A DNA stretch of 64,000 bases from Octopus sinensis (taxonomy: Eukaryota): positions 16,368,001-16,432,000 of the forward strand of contig NC_043015.1 in the NCBI RefSeq assembly GCF_006345805.1. The letters are read 5' to 3'. The translations under genes were made by a program, and so were the position numbers. Under the pieces are notes generated by a model that was not told the origin of the DNA, searched no databases, and saw nothing but the letters and a program-made list of their open reading frames with translations. Shown here piece by piece: positions 13,972-28,760 of the stretch. Numbering within the stretch: the stretch's first letter is position 1; each line of letters starts with the position of its first letter.

Positions 13972-14145
13972 CTCATCAAATTCTTCAGTCATTTTCCTGA
14001 TAATTTCAGCATGTTCCATATTAGAATACATGTAAGGTGTAATCTTACCCTTACAGCCAGAACATTGTATAAAGAACTGAATGAGTTCAAGTAAAGCTGC
14101 ATCGCGGTCGTTTTTGTAGGCTTCAATCCAATCATCTATAAGAGA
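13972..14145 (-). CDS. STAG1: Cohesin SA coding exon 4 (174 nt), STAG domain
   Basis: ttttcag|TCT...GAT GAG|GTAAAT. Peptide [58 protein letters not shown] is diagnostic of STAG/SCC3. Confidence 0.97.
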
Positions 14146-14177
14146 CTGAAAATAAAAGGTAAATGTTGAAATATGAC

Positions 14178-17100
14178 TGTTGCAGTAAAAATGGTACACT
14201 CCTTCCCATGTGACAAAGTGGTATGAACCAGTCACTATTAAGCCAGACAGTCAATCATTGTAGGAGGCCAGTAGTAGTAGAGTCATTGTACAAGTTCAAG
14301 GTTGGAGTCAATGCCAGTTACGTGATATATATGAGTTCGAGTTACCGTCAAGGTAGACTTTTCAAAGTCATTGTCTTGCAGAGCTATCAGCAATAGCACA
14401 ACAGATGAGTCAAAGATAATCAGACACGAAATACCACCACATGTTAGAGGCAATGAGAATATTACAGTGCTGACAACAACATATAAGTGGACGAGGGTCC
14501 ACATTATAACAGTGACGACAAGGATATAAACATTTCACACAGACGGTGTTGAAACAAAGAAAAGTTTTTCGCGAAAAAATTAACAATTCATGCAGATGAT
14601 GTTGAAAAATTTTCACATAGAGAAATTAACAACTTAACATAAGAGGAACAAACATTTTTGTTGTATATATTTTACAAAAAAATTTGTAAAATTATAGAAA
14701 ATTTGTAAGAGGGTTTAGTTGAGTTGCAAAAACAGCAACAACAACAGCTCAAAGAACAGCAACAAATGCTACAACTAATGAAGTTGGTAACACAACTGGA
14801 AAGTATGTTTTTGCCAGACAATGTAGCAAATTCAATAAATGAATTTAAGTATGACTGGAAGAAGGAATCACTTTCAAGGCAGATTACTAAAGATTTGAAC
14901 AAATTTTCGAAAAAGAATACCAAGAAATGAAAACGTGTCTGATTCTGAGGAAACTGGCGACAATAGAGCATGAGAAATACTGTAACTTTATATTGCCTAA
15001 AATATTTCTGACATAAATTTCAGTGAGACAATTGACATTTTATGTAGGATGTTTAGCAAACAACATCATTGTTCAACACAAGCTGAGAAAAGTGATGACA
15101 AAGACATTACCACATATGCAGGTAGAGTGAAGAGAGTGAGAGAGATTCAACCCTTTTGTTACCAAACCACCCAAAGCCACATGAAAAAAATTTTGGTTCA
15201 TATGACCAAGATGCCCAAATCCACCCATAATCACATATTCATATTTAAATGAGAATGTCAGAGCAAATCTCATTAGTACATTTTTGAAAACACGTGATTG
15301 CACTGCATAAACAACTGAGCTACAATTCTTGACATTGATCGATGCATTTCTTAAATTCTCTGAATTTTGGGAGATTTTTTTCCAAATTTTTTCCTGTTGC
15401 TTTTTGGAAGTTGGTAATTCTGACAAAAAATGGATACCAGTCTCATTCTGTCAAGGATTTTCCACAGAAGATCTCGAGAAATCTAAATCTATAACTGAAA
15501 AAAAAAAGCATGTAGTATTTGATAATGAATCCGATGTTTCATTTTCCAAAAGTGAATGTGATGAATCCAAGAACTCCAATGACACCGATAAAGAAAATGA
15601 ATTGGCACCTGAATGGAGTAAAAATTTAAAAACTGTTTCTTTCAGTGATTTTTGTGAAGAAACTGGACCAAGTCACAGTCTTTCCCAGGAGAGCAAAGCT
15701 TTAGACTATTTCCTTTTACTTTTTCCTCTTAGCTTGTTTGAAATAATTACAGCAGAAATAAACTGTTACGCTGAAAGTACACAAAACAAAAGGATAGTTT
15801 GTGGTTTCCCACAAGCTTAAACGAGATTAGAGAAAATTTTGCTATAAATATTATTATGGGCATTAGAAAGCTACCCAGAATTACAAATTACTGGAGTAGC
15901 AATGAACCCTTTGGAGTTGAATATGTCTCAAGTATAATGATGAGGACACGGTTTCTAAAACTGACACAATATTTACATGTGAGAGACACGAGTAGTACAC
16001 CAGTATGTGGAGAACCAGACTTTGATCCCTTATTTAAAATAAGACTCCTCATTGACTGTGTTCAAAACACATATAAAATAGTTTACAAACCAGGGAGAAA
16101 TCTATCCATTGATGAGGGTAAGGTGGGCTATAAAGGCCGGGTGCGTTTTTAACAATATATGCCAGGAAATCCCACAAAATGGGGGATCAAAATTTGGAAG
16201 TTTTGCAAATTGAATACTGGGTGTTGCTCTGGATTTGAATTTTATACAGGCAAAAGAGACAATTATGTATGTTAGCATGGACTAGAGTATGATATGGTCT
16301 GGAATTTATTACTTCCATACCATAACCAGAGCCGTATATTATTTTTTGACCAGTTTTCTAGTTCAGTCAAACTTGCAGAGAATTTAGATACTGGGGCAAC
16401 ACATACATGTGCTACAGTGATCACTAGTAGAAAAGGACTGCTGTTGGATATAAAAAAAAAGCAAAATTGAAAAGAAAAAAGGAAAGGAAATTTGCTAGCG
16501 ACCACATACAGAGATAAGAGGTAGATCAATCTTTTACCTGTGCACAGCCATATGTAGATGAAAATGGCACCCTATTTGTGAAACTCAATTATAACAGGTA
16601 CATGGGTGGTGTAGATCGGCTGAATCAGATGATGTCTTATTATCCAGTTGGCAAAATGGGGAATAAATGATGGCAATACCTGGGTTGGTATATAGTAAAT
16701 ATGAATATTATTAATGCGTTTATACTATACACCAAATCGGGACCGGCTCGAAAGTGATATGGCAATGTTCAGTTACGAGTAGATATAGCAACACAATCGA
16801 GAGCTGGTTATTCCGGAAAAAAAAAAAAAACTGTAGGGAGGAAAAACAAAAGCCTGCCAAAGGGATATCCCTCTGAATTCAGCCGATTTCAATAAATTAG
16901 AAAAATATCGAGTGTCACAAAAAATAGTGTCATGAATGCCTTCATCAAAAAAGGAAAGCTCCTAGTGGAGGGTCTGTTGAAACTACTTTCCAATGTGCAT
17001 TCTGCAAGGTTGCATTATGTAGAGTAGAGTGCTTTAGAAGTTTCCATGATAGGAATATTATTTGATTTGTATATGTGTGATTTAATTTTATAAATATTTT

Positions 17101-17768
17101 CAAATTTACTTTGTTTTTATTTTTCTTTGTGTGTAATTTTAATTTACCTGTAAGGTGAGTGACAAATTTTGATTAATTTCTTTTGTAAATCATTACTGTC
17201 TGAGATTCATAGAAAATGAACCAGACAGATTGTAAGAACCTATGGAGTGGCTGTAGAACACATTCCAGGTACCAACACCATTACAGGGGTTGAACCCATG
17301 TGTACAAGTGGAAGAAAAAGAACACAGAGTTCCTACAAATAGACGCCAAAAAGAAAAATATTAAGTTGGAAAAAAAAAAACCCGCTAAAAAAGGAGGGAT
17401 AAATAAAGTAAAATAAAATTACTTGCTTCCCAAAGCAAAAACAAAACCTAAAAGAAGAGACGTTGTAGTGAAAATGGTAAACTCCTTCCCACATGACAAA
17501 GTGGTATGAACCAGCCACTACAAAGTCAGACAGTCAGTCAGTTATACAAGTTCTCAGCTGAAGTCAGTGTCAGTTACGTGATATATACAAGTTCAAGTTA
17601 CTATCAAGGTAAATGCTTCAAAGTCATTGTCTTGCAGAGCTGTCAGCAATAGCATGATAGACAAGTCAAAGATAATAAGACGTGGAATACCACCACAACA
17701 TATTAGTGGTGACGAATAATTCAGGGCCGACAACAATATACAAGTGGATGAGGATCCAAATTATAAAA
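14178..17768 (+). mobile_element. Gypsy-type LTR retrotransposon relic hosting a piggyBac insertion
   Basis: LTRs about 14178-14511 and 17461-17768. PBS-like TGACGACAAGGAT at 14513 resembles TGGCGACGAGGAT (tRNA-Ser GCT 3' end). Gag remnants (Q-run, PDNVANSINEFKY, LRKLATIEHEKYCNFILP). Purine tract before the 3' LTR. Confidence 0.75.
15151..17150 (+). mobile_element. Decayed piggyBac transposon (left end plus transposase; right TIR missing)
   Basis: Left end TCAA-CCCTTTTGTTAC. Transposase remnants SIDEG..YKGR, KWGIKIW, FFDQFSSS, YNRYMGGVDRLNQMM and C-terminal Cys cluster CHEC...CAFCKVALC. Stops and frameshifts present. Confidence 0.9.
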
Positions 17769-18565
17769 GTGATTTAAGCACGAAATGTAAAGTTGGTTTA
17801 CAATATTCAGGCTTTCTCTAAAGCACAAATGATACACAAACAAAGCAGTTTCCAATGGAATTCAAGACATTTTCCAGATCTCTAGAAGCTATTAAATAAA
17901 AAGAAACCTCCACTACAATATAAGCTAGTAAAATAAAATTGAAAACAGAAAACCTAAATTCAATTAATTCTAATTTCATATCTCGTTTTTTGTTCATGCT
18001 GAAAGGCAGTAATACCTGAAGGGTTACATTATAAATGTTCAACAGTTCTTCTAAATGTAATTAAAACAGTGTTAAGTGGAGGGTAATTAGAATGGACCAG
18101 ATAATGTCAAAGTAGATATAAATAACATCATTTATGAAACTGGTACATCTGAATCACTATCAACTGCTACATAAGAGATACAAAGAAAAAAACCCCAAGG
18201 TTTTAAAGCTAATGGAGTTGGAAAATGTAGCAGAAAATATCATCATATGCTCCACCAAAGGAAGAAAAAAAATGGTGGAGCAAAGCTCAGGCAGCGTTCT
18301 TGAGTGGTAAATTTAACACTGTCAACTGGCACTTGGGTGCTCTTTAATAAGCATTTGGCTGAAATTAACTTTTTCTTTCTTACACCACCAGTCTCAAAGG
18401 TCTTAAAAAGGGTCATGACATTGTACCTTTAGCCTCTGAATGAGACACCAATTCAGAACCTAGTCCAGCTGGGGTTTTATATTATCACTTGATACCTTAA
18501 CTTTTCAGACATCAGGTCTTTTCAAAAATTAGTTATTACAAATTTATAAATATATGTTTTCTTAC

Positions 18566-18703
18566 CTGTAGAGAGACACGTCCATACCGAACAATATCAA
18601 ATAAAGAACCGTCTTTAGGCTCTTCCTCCATGTTGCTCATAGCAGCAGCTCCTTTCTTGTTAGATTGCTGCCCACCAGTTCCTCCTCGTCTTCTTTTAGC
18701 AGA
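18566..18703 (-). CDS. STAG1: Cohesin SA coding exon 3 (138 nt)
   Basis: aatag|TCT...CTA CAG|GTAAG. Peptide SAKRRRGGTGGQQSNKKGAAAMSNMEEEPKDGSLFDIVRYGRVSLQ resembles vertebrate TLFEVVKLGKSAMQ. Phase 0/0. Confidence 0.9.
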
Positions 18704-19189
18704 CTATTACAAGAGAATCATTTGAAATGAATTAAATTTACACACTCAAATTTATAAAGACAAAAGGATCACCTAGCACTGATCTTAATTAGAAAGCGAG
18801 CAATGTTCTAAGATACAAATAGTAGCAAATATAATGCATAAACAAGCTCTGGTTTCACATGATTCTATATCTGATATCTTTGTAACATCTATAATATATC
18901 AAATAATCTCCACATTCTTAGCAAAATTTCTTACAGTAAATCTTACTACTTAATAAATGAATCTGTTGGTCAAATAAACTTTTTAGTAGATAATAAGACT
19001 GATATATATGTATCAACTATAATGATGCCACATCTGATCACACACAACTTAGTACCAGTATCAAAGCTATTTTAAACAAGTGGATTTAGTAGAAATGGTA
19101 AAGCATCACACAAGCAGGTGTGTGAAAAAACATCTTAAGGACATAATGACTCTACATGTAGGCACAATGCTACAAATCTGTAGTGGTTT

Positions 19190-20286
<1,097 letters not shown>

Positions 20287-21278
20287 CTCTTTTTACTTGT
20301 TTCAGTCATTTGACTGCAGCCATGCTGGAGCACCACCTTTAGTCGAGCAAATCAACCCCAGGACTTATTCAGCCTAGTACTTATTCTATCGGTCTCTTTT
20401 GCCGAACCGCTAAGTTACAGGGACATGAACACACCAGCATCGGTTGTCAAGCAATGTTGGGAGGACAAACACAGACACACACATATATATATACATATAC
20501 ACGACAGGCTTCTTTCAGTTTCCGTCTACCAAATCCACTCACAAGGCTTTGGTCGGCCCGAGGCTATAGTAGAAGACACTTGCCCAAAGTGCCACGCAGT
20601 GGGACAGAACCCGAACCATGTGGTTGGTAAGCAAGCTACTTACCACACAGCCACTCCTGCGCCTGTATGTATGCATATATATTTTTATATATATGTATAT
20701 ATATATATATGTACGTATATTTATATATATATGTATATACATATATGTGTGTGTGTGTGTGTGTGTATACACACACACATATTTGATTAAAGCACCTCAA
20801 CAGTGGAAGTATGTGGTTTAGTGGTTAGGGAGTTGGACTCATAACACAAGATTGCAGTTTTAAATCCTGGACTAGACAACGCATTGCGTTCTTGAGCAAA
20901 ACACTTCATTTCACATTGCTCCAGTCCACTCAGCTGGCAAAAATAAGCAACCCTATGACAGACCAGCATCATGTCCAGGTAGGGAATATACACAACATGG
21001 AAATGGTGAGCCAGCCCTTTGAGACTATATGACTCAACACACATCTAGTCTTTACTTTATCAATTCCAGAAGAATTTTAAAAAATCAAGACATATCCAAT
21101 ACAGTTTTAAGTCAGAATGTAGAACAAAACTATGAAGTACAAGGCATTTTAGTCATCAGTTCTACTATTTCTGCTATTCCATTTCCCTATTTCCACTGGT
21201 ACGATAGACACATAATTTGCTAAGTATCAATTTTATAATAGTATCAATTAATAATAAAGTTAAACTGTGGCAACTTAC

Positions 21279-21360
21279 TGGTGCTTCATTTCTTCCTTTT
21301 CTTTTGGCTTTGATTTTTCCTTCCTCAAAATCACTGTCTGAATCATTTTCTTGAGCAGCT
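21279..21360 (-). CDS. STAG1: Cohesin SA coding exon 2 (82 nt)
   Basis: tttgtag|A GCT GCT CAA...GCA CCA|GTAAGT. Peptide AAQENDSDSDFEEGKIKAKRKGRNEAP matches the acidic-then-basic N-terminal segment of STAG1/2. Phases 2 and 0 are consistent with neighbours. Confidence 0.85.
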
Positions 21361-22356
21361 CTACAAAGAAATATGAAGAAAAATACAAATTATCCAAGGC
21401 AGTGCTCCAGCATGGCTGCAATCTAATGACTGAAGCAAGTAAAAGGTAAAAAAAATATCGGAATTGATGCTTGAAATACTAGTAATTCTAAAATGATGAT
21501 AGTGAAGTAAAACTCACTTAAGGTTAGTTTACAATTTTCAAAATTCTGAATGTTTAACAATAGTCATATTGTTGTTCAGCTCCGATAAATGAAAAGCAAT
21601 CCAGCCATAACCACTTCAACATTATCGAATGTGTCCCTTTCTAGAATGCTAGAGTTTAATTTGAGACTTGGCAGTTATTTCTACAGATGCCTGGGTAGTG
21701 TATCAATTTTATTTTTAGGTGTACTAATTCTGTTTTACTTAAAAGACAATTTAGAATTTCTTGATATCAAAAGTTATGAGAACACATTTGCAGCACAAAA
21801 GCAAGATACTAATTTAGCTTTCAGAAACAGTGAAGAAGCTATATTAAGACTGTTGTGAACCAAGAATTTTTAATTTAATATGTGATTTTAAAAGTATTTA
21901 GGTCATATTTCAGTAATATTAACACTTTATTTTCTAATTTGCTGAACCCCGTTAGAATAAGATACAAAAATAACTGCAATTTAGTATTTAATTTGAATTA
22001 GATGGCAAACAAGTAAAAGCATTAGCACACTGGACAAAATATCAAGCAGCATTTCTTCTGGCACTTTATGTTCTGAGTTCAAATCTTACTAAGGTCAACT
22101 TCACCTTTCATCCTTTTGGGGTGGTGATGGTAAGTCAATAAAATAAAGTACCAATCAAGTAACTCCCGCTAAAATTGTTGGCCTTGTGCCAAAATTTGAA
22201 AGAATAATTAATTTGAATGAACTCAGATCCATAGTAAGTGAAATATGGGTGGGATGGTACCAAAAAATTGCAATTATCACAAATAAAAGTGTCTGGTGTA
22301 TAGACACACAAGAGAGTTGATGGGGAAAAAAACGAGTGCCTACTGAATGGATTTAA

Positions 22357-23745
22357 CCCTTTCGTTACTAACCTGGCCGAAAAATTTTTTGGTTCACAAT
22401 ACCAACCCGGCCGAGAGAACCTCTTGTTATTTAAATGTAAATTTGAACCCAAATCTCGTTGGTACATTCGTTAAAACATGTGATTTCACTTTGTAAATAG
22501 TTGGCTTATAGTATCCGAAATTGCTTGAAGTGATATCTCAACACAGTGAATTTTGGGAGATTTTTTTCCACATTTTTTTCGGCATCGATTTTTCTTCAAC
22601 TTTGAAAATGGATAGGAGTTTCATGTTATCAAGCATTGATTCCGAATTTAAAGCTTTTTCAATGGAAAATAGGGAGATATCGAGAAAACGAATGAATGAG
22701 GTACAAATGTAAAAGAATGAATGGGATATTTCTTTATCTGTTAACCGAAAGCAGTGATTCCGAAGAAACAAAGCGGCGATGGCGACAGCAAAGACGATTT
22801 TACATCGGAATGAAGTAAAAAACTTTTAAAATGTTTTTATTAGCAATTTTTCTGAGAAGATAGAGTTTATCTATAGTCTTTCTTAGGAAGCGAAACCATT
22901 AGACTTTTATTTTTTTTCAGTATGCTAGTTTGAAGCAATCACTGTGGAAGCAAACTGTTTCGCAGAATGTAAACAAACACAAAATGGGGGATCAAAGTTT
23001 GGAAAATTTGTGAAGCAAATACTGGGTACTGTTGTGGATTTAGTTTTTATACAGGAAAACTAATGTTAGTCAGCATGGCTTAGGGTACGATGTGGTCTGG
23101 AAGTTATTGTTTGAAGCCATCACTGCGGAAACAAACTTACGCAGAATGTAAACAAACACAAAATGGGGGATCAAATTTCGGAAAATTTGTGAAGCAAATA
23201 CTGGGTTCTGCGTGGATTTAGTTTTTATACAGGGAAAATAATGTTAGCATGGCCTAGGGAACGATGTGGTCTGGAATTTATCACTTCCATACCATAACCA
23301 GGGCCGTATATTATTTTTTGACCGATTTCTTTAGTTCGGTCAAACTTGCAGTGGATTCCAGTATTTCACTTTATTCCACCTGTTGTGCATTAAATTCAAC
23401 TGATGATCTAGTGATGTGTACAATTCTTCCTTATCAAAATTTTGTTGCATACCCATTTGAATATTAGCTGATGATTCATTTTCTATGGTGATGTTTAAAC
23501 AAAATTTTAATATTTTTACCTTTTGCTCAATTTACCTGTAATTAAAGTCACTTTGAGACAAAAGTTATGCAATAGAATTGATTAAGAACCCTTTCTTTAA
23601 TTATGTTCCAAATATCACATTAATATGTTGATAAGTAAAAAAGTTACAGTTATTTAATGAAACAAGCCTAAATTCATGATTATTCTAGAATTTAATTGAA
23701 ACTCATGAGGGGTGTATTTTGGTTAGAAATATAGTAACGAAAGGG
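22357..23745 (+). mobile_element. Non-autonomous piggyBac deletion derivative related to the 15151 element
   Basis: TTAA TSDs (22353-56, 23746-49) and perfect 14-bp TIRs CCCTTTCGTTACTA / TAGTAACGAAAGGG. Contains an approximately 180-bp internal tandem duplication of the KWGIK segment. Confidence 0.92.
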
Positions 23746-25046
23746 TTAAATGAAAAGAAAACATTCTGCAAAACTGAAGGAGCAGAAACTATCACAGTTG
23801 CAATAGAAGAGACAGAAGAAACAATTTCAGAAAACTTGTAAAATGAGTTGGTGATTGAAAGCTTGTTAACCAGACAGACAGCTTTTTCTTAAACACATTC
23901 TTGAAATACACATGCTGTCTGTCCTATGTGTGTAAGCTATATTCTAAAGCAAGACATATTTTGTAAGGGATTAATAAATATGTTCAAAGGTGAAATAGTT
24001 TCAGGTCATAAGATGGAGATCCATGCTTTATTGTAACCAAATTTTGTAGAACAAGGGGAAACTTGAAAATTACAAATGGATGTATTTTCCCATCTTGTTT
24101 ACTGAATAATATTAATTTCCCCATTATTTCATATTTTCTCAAAAGGTGCTTCACTAAATAACTATATAATATATTGTCTCATAACAAGCACTAGACATAT
24201 TTTCACAAAATAAAAAAGCACACCAAGGTATCGAATTATCTCCAGACTTTAAGATCTTTGCCCAATAATTATAATGCAAGGTTCTCTGCTAAGGGTACCC
24301 AACAGTCAGGAGCTGGTGTTAAATCAGGTAAGAGATTAAGCCTTTTTGGTTCATGAATAAGTACAAACTTAGTTTTCATAATATGGAAACTAGCAAAGAA
24401 ATTATTTCTAACCTTAGATATCTGAAACTAAGCTTCAAACACCCCTGCGGTCATTCCATCTAGTAAAATAGGAGTGATAATAAGAGTTCATGTGAAATGT
24501 TTTGCTTAGCTCATAGAACTCCTCTCCCAAAAAGAGACATCTAGAAAATATATTTATTATATCTGACATAACAATGTCATAAATTCATCCAAGTCTGAGT
24601 CAATTCAGCCTCTACAAGCTCAATTGACATTTTAAAAATAACAGCCAAATCTCCCTCAAATCACATCTTAAAATAAGAACATAATCTTAACTGCATTACC
24701 CCTGAAAATAAGGTAGGATGGCCATGGCTAGATTTCTGTTGATCATTTGTTTGTTAAATAAGGGCTGACTAAGAGCTAAACAACTTTAGCTGTACATAAA
24801 ATTAAATCCTAGTCTGATAAAAAAAAAAATGAATGTAATATCATCAAATTTTTATTGATAACAATTACAAGATATCATGTAGGAACAACAAACTCACATT
24901 ACTTCTAACCCAACTCTCTTTGTTCAATAAACATTAAATCTTGTGAAAAATAGAATCAGTAGAGCAAGAAAGGATCAAGATGTGGAATGGCCAATGTTTC
25001 AAGTAAAAAATTAGAAAATAAAATGGAAAATTTAAAAAGAACTAAC

Positions 25047-25390
25047 ATGGACAGTTCTGGTGGTACATCTAAAGTCTCATTGGATTCTTGAGGTACTGGT
25101 GGTACTGGTTGTGGTATGACTTGTGGAATACTTAGAGGAATTGTCTGTGAGATATCATGAGCAATGACTTGCTGGAAATCATGGGGGATTGTAGATGGAA
25201 TTCCTTGTGGTATTGCTTGAGGTAGCCCTTGAGGAAGACCTGATGGCATATTTGAGGGGATAACAGGAACAATTTCCTGTTCAGCAATTGGTTGTAATCT
25301 TTTTCTCGGAATCTTCCCATTGTTAGCAACAGCAAGGGCAACTTCTCTGGCATTTTCCTTCGCCTTCCGTGTGGGTCTTGCACCAGGCAT
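25047..25390 (-). CDS. STAG1: Cohesin subunit SA (stromalin, STAG1/2-like), first coding exon with ATG; low-complexity P/Q-rich N-terminus
   Basis: Acceptor atttag|TG ATG (exon begins 25392, ATG 25390-25388). Reads MPGARPTRKAKEN...ETLDVPPELS. Donor AT|GTTAGT at 25046 is phase 2 and fits the next exon (AT+A = Ile). Confidence 0.8.
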
Positions 25391-28300
25391 CACTAAATAA
25401 ATAGAAAAATAGCGATTTAAACATTTGTTTTTAAAAAAATAAATATCAAATACTTTACGATTCGTAAATGTTGTGCCAATACAAAAACAATTATCTTTTA
25501 CTTGCTTCAGTCACTGGGCTCGTCATACAGGGGCACCACCTTAGTCAAACAAATTAACCCCAGTACTTTTGAGTATGGTACTTATCTCCTCAGTTTCTTT
25601 TGCTAAACTGATAAGTTATGGAGACATAAACAAACCAACACTGGTTGTCAAACAGTGGTAGGGAGACAGACACACACATATACATACATCACAGGCTTAT
25701 ACGTAGTTTCAACCTCCAAATTCACTCATATGACATCAGTCAGGCCAGGGTTATAGTAGAAGGCATTTTCCCAAGGTGCCACACAGTGGGGTTGAACCTG
25801 AAACCATGTGGTTGTGAAGTGAGCTTCTAAACCACTCAGCCATGCCTGCAGAGTTTACCATAACTTTTTACATAATCAAGTTCAGTTCATATAATAGTCT
25901 AATGGAAGCCATAAACATGACCAAGGAATATTACATGAAGTATAATTCAAAATATAAATATTTATAATGTATGTAAATGATAGTATAGTTGCCCTAAAGA
26001 GAAAAAATTAATATTTCTCACAGAAAAGTAACACTGCAGACTATTGTTACTTCTAACTCCATGTACTGATAAAAAAAAAAAAGAATAGTGCTTGTTTTCA
26101 CAAATAATGCATTTTAGTATTTATTGAGCTTTTAGGTTTGGAGCATTGACGATTTCTTTACGTTTCTAAGCAGAGGATATCACATAGGTGAGGTTAATTA
26201 ATATTCTATCTGAATACTTGGAGTTGATAAGCAAGGCAGCAATTACGGATGAGTGAAGTCGCTGGAGAAAGGTGAATGAAATGGGTTTATGGAATATAGA
26301 AATAACAATGAAGGTTTGCTTTATGAAACAAATTCTGGGAATTTGCTCCAGAACTAGAAAGGGAGGAAGGTATTTTAATGGAAAGTGGTTTTATGTCTTG
26401 ATATTCATTTTCTTTTTTTATTGACTGGTAAAAACCAAGCCAAATCAGACAGGAACCTAGTACAGCTATCCTGCTTGCCAGCTCTGGCCAAACGGTCCAA
26501 CCCATGCCAGCATGGAAAATAGACATTAAAGGATGATGATGATAGTCAGAAAGAGGATGGCATTGTCCATGATTCTTTGCAGAGCCTCCAAAGGAAGGAG
26601 ATAAGTATCTTCAAAATAGTGACCACAGGGTTTAATACTTCCCACAGAGAGAGAAAGTACCCAGTGAAAGTCAATCATGAGCTTAGCTGGTGCTGTTAAA
26701 CTGGATGATGAATGTAGTCTACTACATCTTCAAGGATTAACAATTCTGAAAAAGTGATGCATATTGGTTCATTACGATACCTGAAAGATCAACATCAATT
26801 GAAAGGCTCAACATTTTAGCATTTTAGAAGTGAGCTGTTCATCAGTGGACATGTTTTCTTTACCAATTCCCCAATTCATGTTTACAGAAAAGTATTAAGG
26901 CCACTTGTGGGTAAGGCCAGTATGTAGGAAACAAAGTTGTTTCACCCAGATCAGCCTTAACAAAATAAAACTTTGAATGATGGCATTCCATTCATGACTA
27001 TCCAGTTTTCCTCCTAAGCACAGTATACTCCAGACTACATTAAATGAGTTGTCTCTTTTTTCAAACAGGAGAATGTGTTTAGGAAAGATTTGGATGCTTT
27101 TCTAGCAGGCTGAGTGCCCATGTGGATGGTCCCTCACTGGCTCATAAGTGACTGAGTTGCATAGTAACATGTGTAAAAGGTGTTATAGCTTTAATTTTTA
27201 CAAGGAAGAATGGCAGCAGCTTTGTCCTCTGCAAACTCACCAAGGCTGGTGAGGCTGAGATTTAGTTTGTACTTCTATAGGCTGAGGATTATAGACAAAA
27301 AATAAGCAATGATGAAATTCAGAGTTCTGAGATGGAGTATTGAGCAAAGTATTTAATGTGAGAATGTGGAATGAGACAGAACAGGAAGAATGGCATATGA
27401 GTGTATCTGAAAACCTGGGTAGAGGTTTAGCTACAATTTAGAGGAATAGAACCCATTGCAGTAGATGTAGAAAGATTGAAACAATATATTAGCAAGCTTG
27501 GGATAATATCATTTTGTTATATTTGATTTTGTCAGGTCTTGACAAGAACATTTGTGTAGCAACAGGACCACCCTAGGTGGCACTTTCCTTCATAGAGGAT
27601 CAGATTTAGGAAAGCCAAAGTAATTTTTCTGGCCTTGAAGAAATCTTTTGGATGAAGTTTTAGCAACACATAATTTGATCAATGTGTAAGGTTATCAAAT
27701 ATTGTGGCTTAACAGTTATAGCATTTTGAAAGTTTTAATGAGTTGTTGATGCACAGAAAGGATAGTGTGACACATCCTGTAATATGTAATGAGTCATGAT
27801 TTTGTTGAAGGAGATTAGGTTGTAGTGTCCTGTATGTGGCAATTTCCTAGGTCCCACATCATGGAAGCAGCGCAAAACAACTGTGAGGTTGCATATGGAT
27901 GATGCCTGTGTGGATAATATTAAGGAGTAATGGGTATAATTAGGATTAATAGTTAAATTGACCTCACTTCAAGCATCTCAAATGACTGAATCAAGAGATG
28001 CACTACTGAATGATCGGGGAAAGGCTATTAACATATCACAAAAAAGCAGCCTGACAGAAAATTTGCAGTCCAATAGATGAGAGATGTGTAGAGTTCATGG
28101 GAGCAACTGACACAGTTGAAGATAGTAAACACTGGACGGTAACATAGGGATGCAAGTCCCATGAAGTTTTTATTCTTTCTGAATGAAGAACACAAACATA
28201 TTATTCAATATCGTGTTTGCTTCTATCAGGACCGTTTACCTTTAAAGCGAAAAAGCAAAACCGACGTATACGACAGGTATGTAAAACATATTTCGGTGTA

Positions 28301-28639
28301 TTTTCTCTGTTCATTCGCAAACGCGCACAAACACACAAGCCGTTCATTTTCACTTTTAGACAGCGGGATGGCCTAGCGAGGGGTGTATGAATCAATTTTG
28401 GAGTTTCCTCATAGAAAATTTGAAATTAATTTTTTCTTCCATATTCTTAATGGTTTTTGGCATATTCAGAATCTCCATCATCGAAAACATAGGAATCGCT
28501 GGGAAAAAAAAAAAAAAAAAAAAAAAAAAGCGATTTTTTTCGTACCGGTATACTTGTAAATATTAACCATTTGATCATTTATTCTTTGACTGTGGACATG
28601 TTGGGACAAATACACACACAGAAGCATACCTTAACTTAC

Positions 28640-28760
28640 ATCGTTTCGAGTTAATCTTTTTCGACTTCGTTTATTAATGCGAAAACATGTACACAAGTAA
28701 AACAAGTATGAAGCAAATAAATCTTTCAAGTTTTTCTTTTTTCGTGTTACGTCGTTTTCC
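28640..28760 (-). other. Putative non-coding first exon (5' UTR) of the SA gene; left boundary = donor, right boundary approximate
   Basis: Perfect minus-strand donor GAT|GTAAGT (plus acttac 28634-28639) in a CpG-retaining segment, just downstream of CCAAT and CRE-like motifs. No transcript evidence. Confidence 0.45.

Noticed and set aside
14724-14930. Q-rich ORF as a host gene (also 9563-9760)
   Set aside because: It lies just after an LTR and PBS and matches Gypsy gag remnants.
27200-28000. Decayed coding-like stretch with a TAMGS pentapeptide on the minus strand (possible second PLE RT)
   Set aside because: One short motif amid many stops; too weak to call without a profile search.
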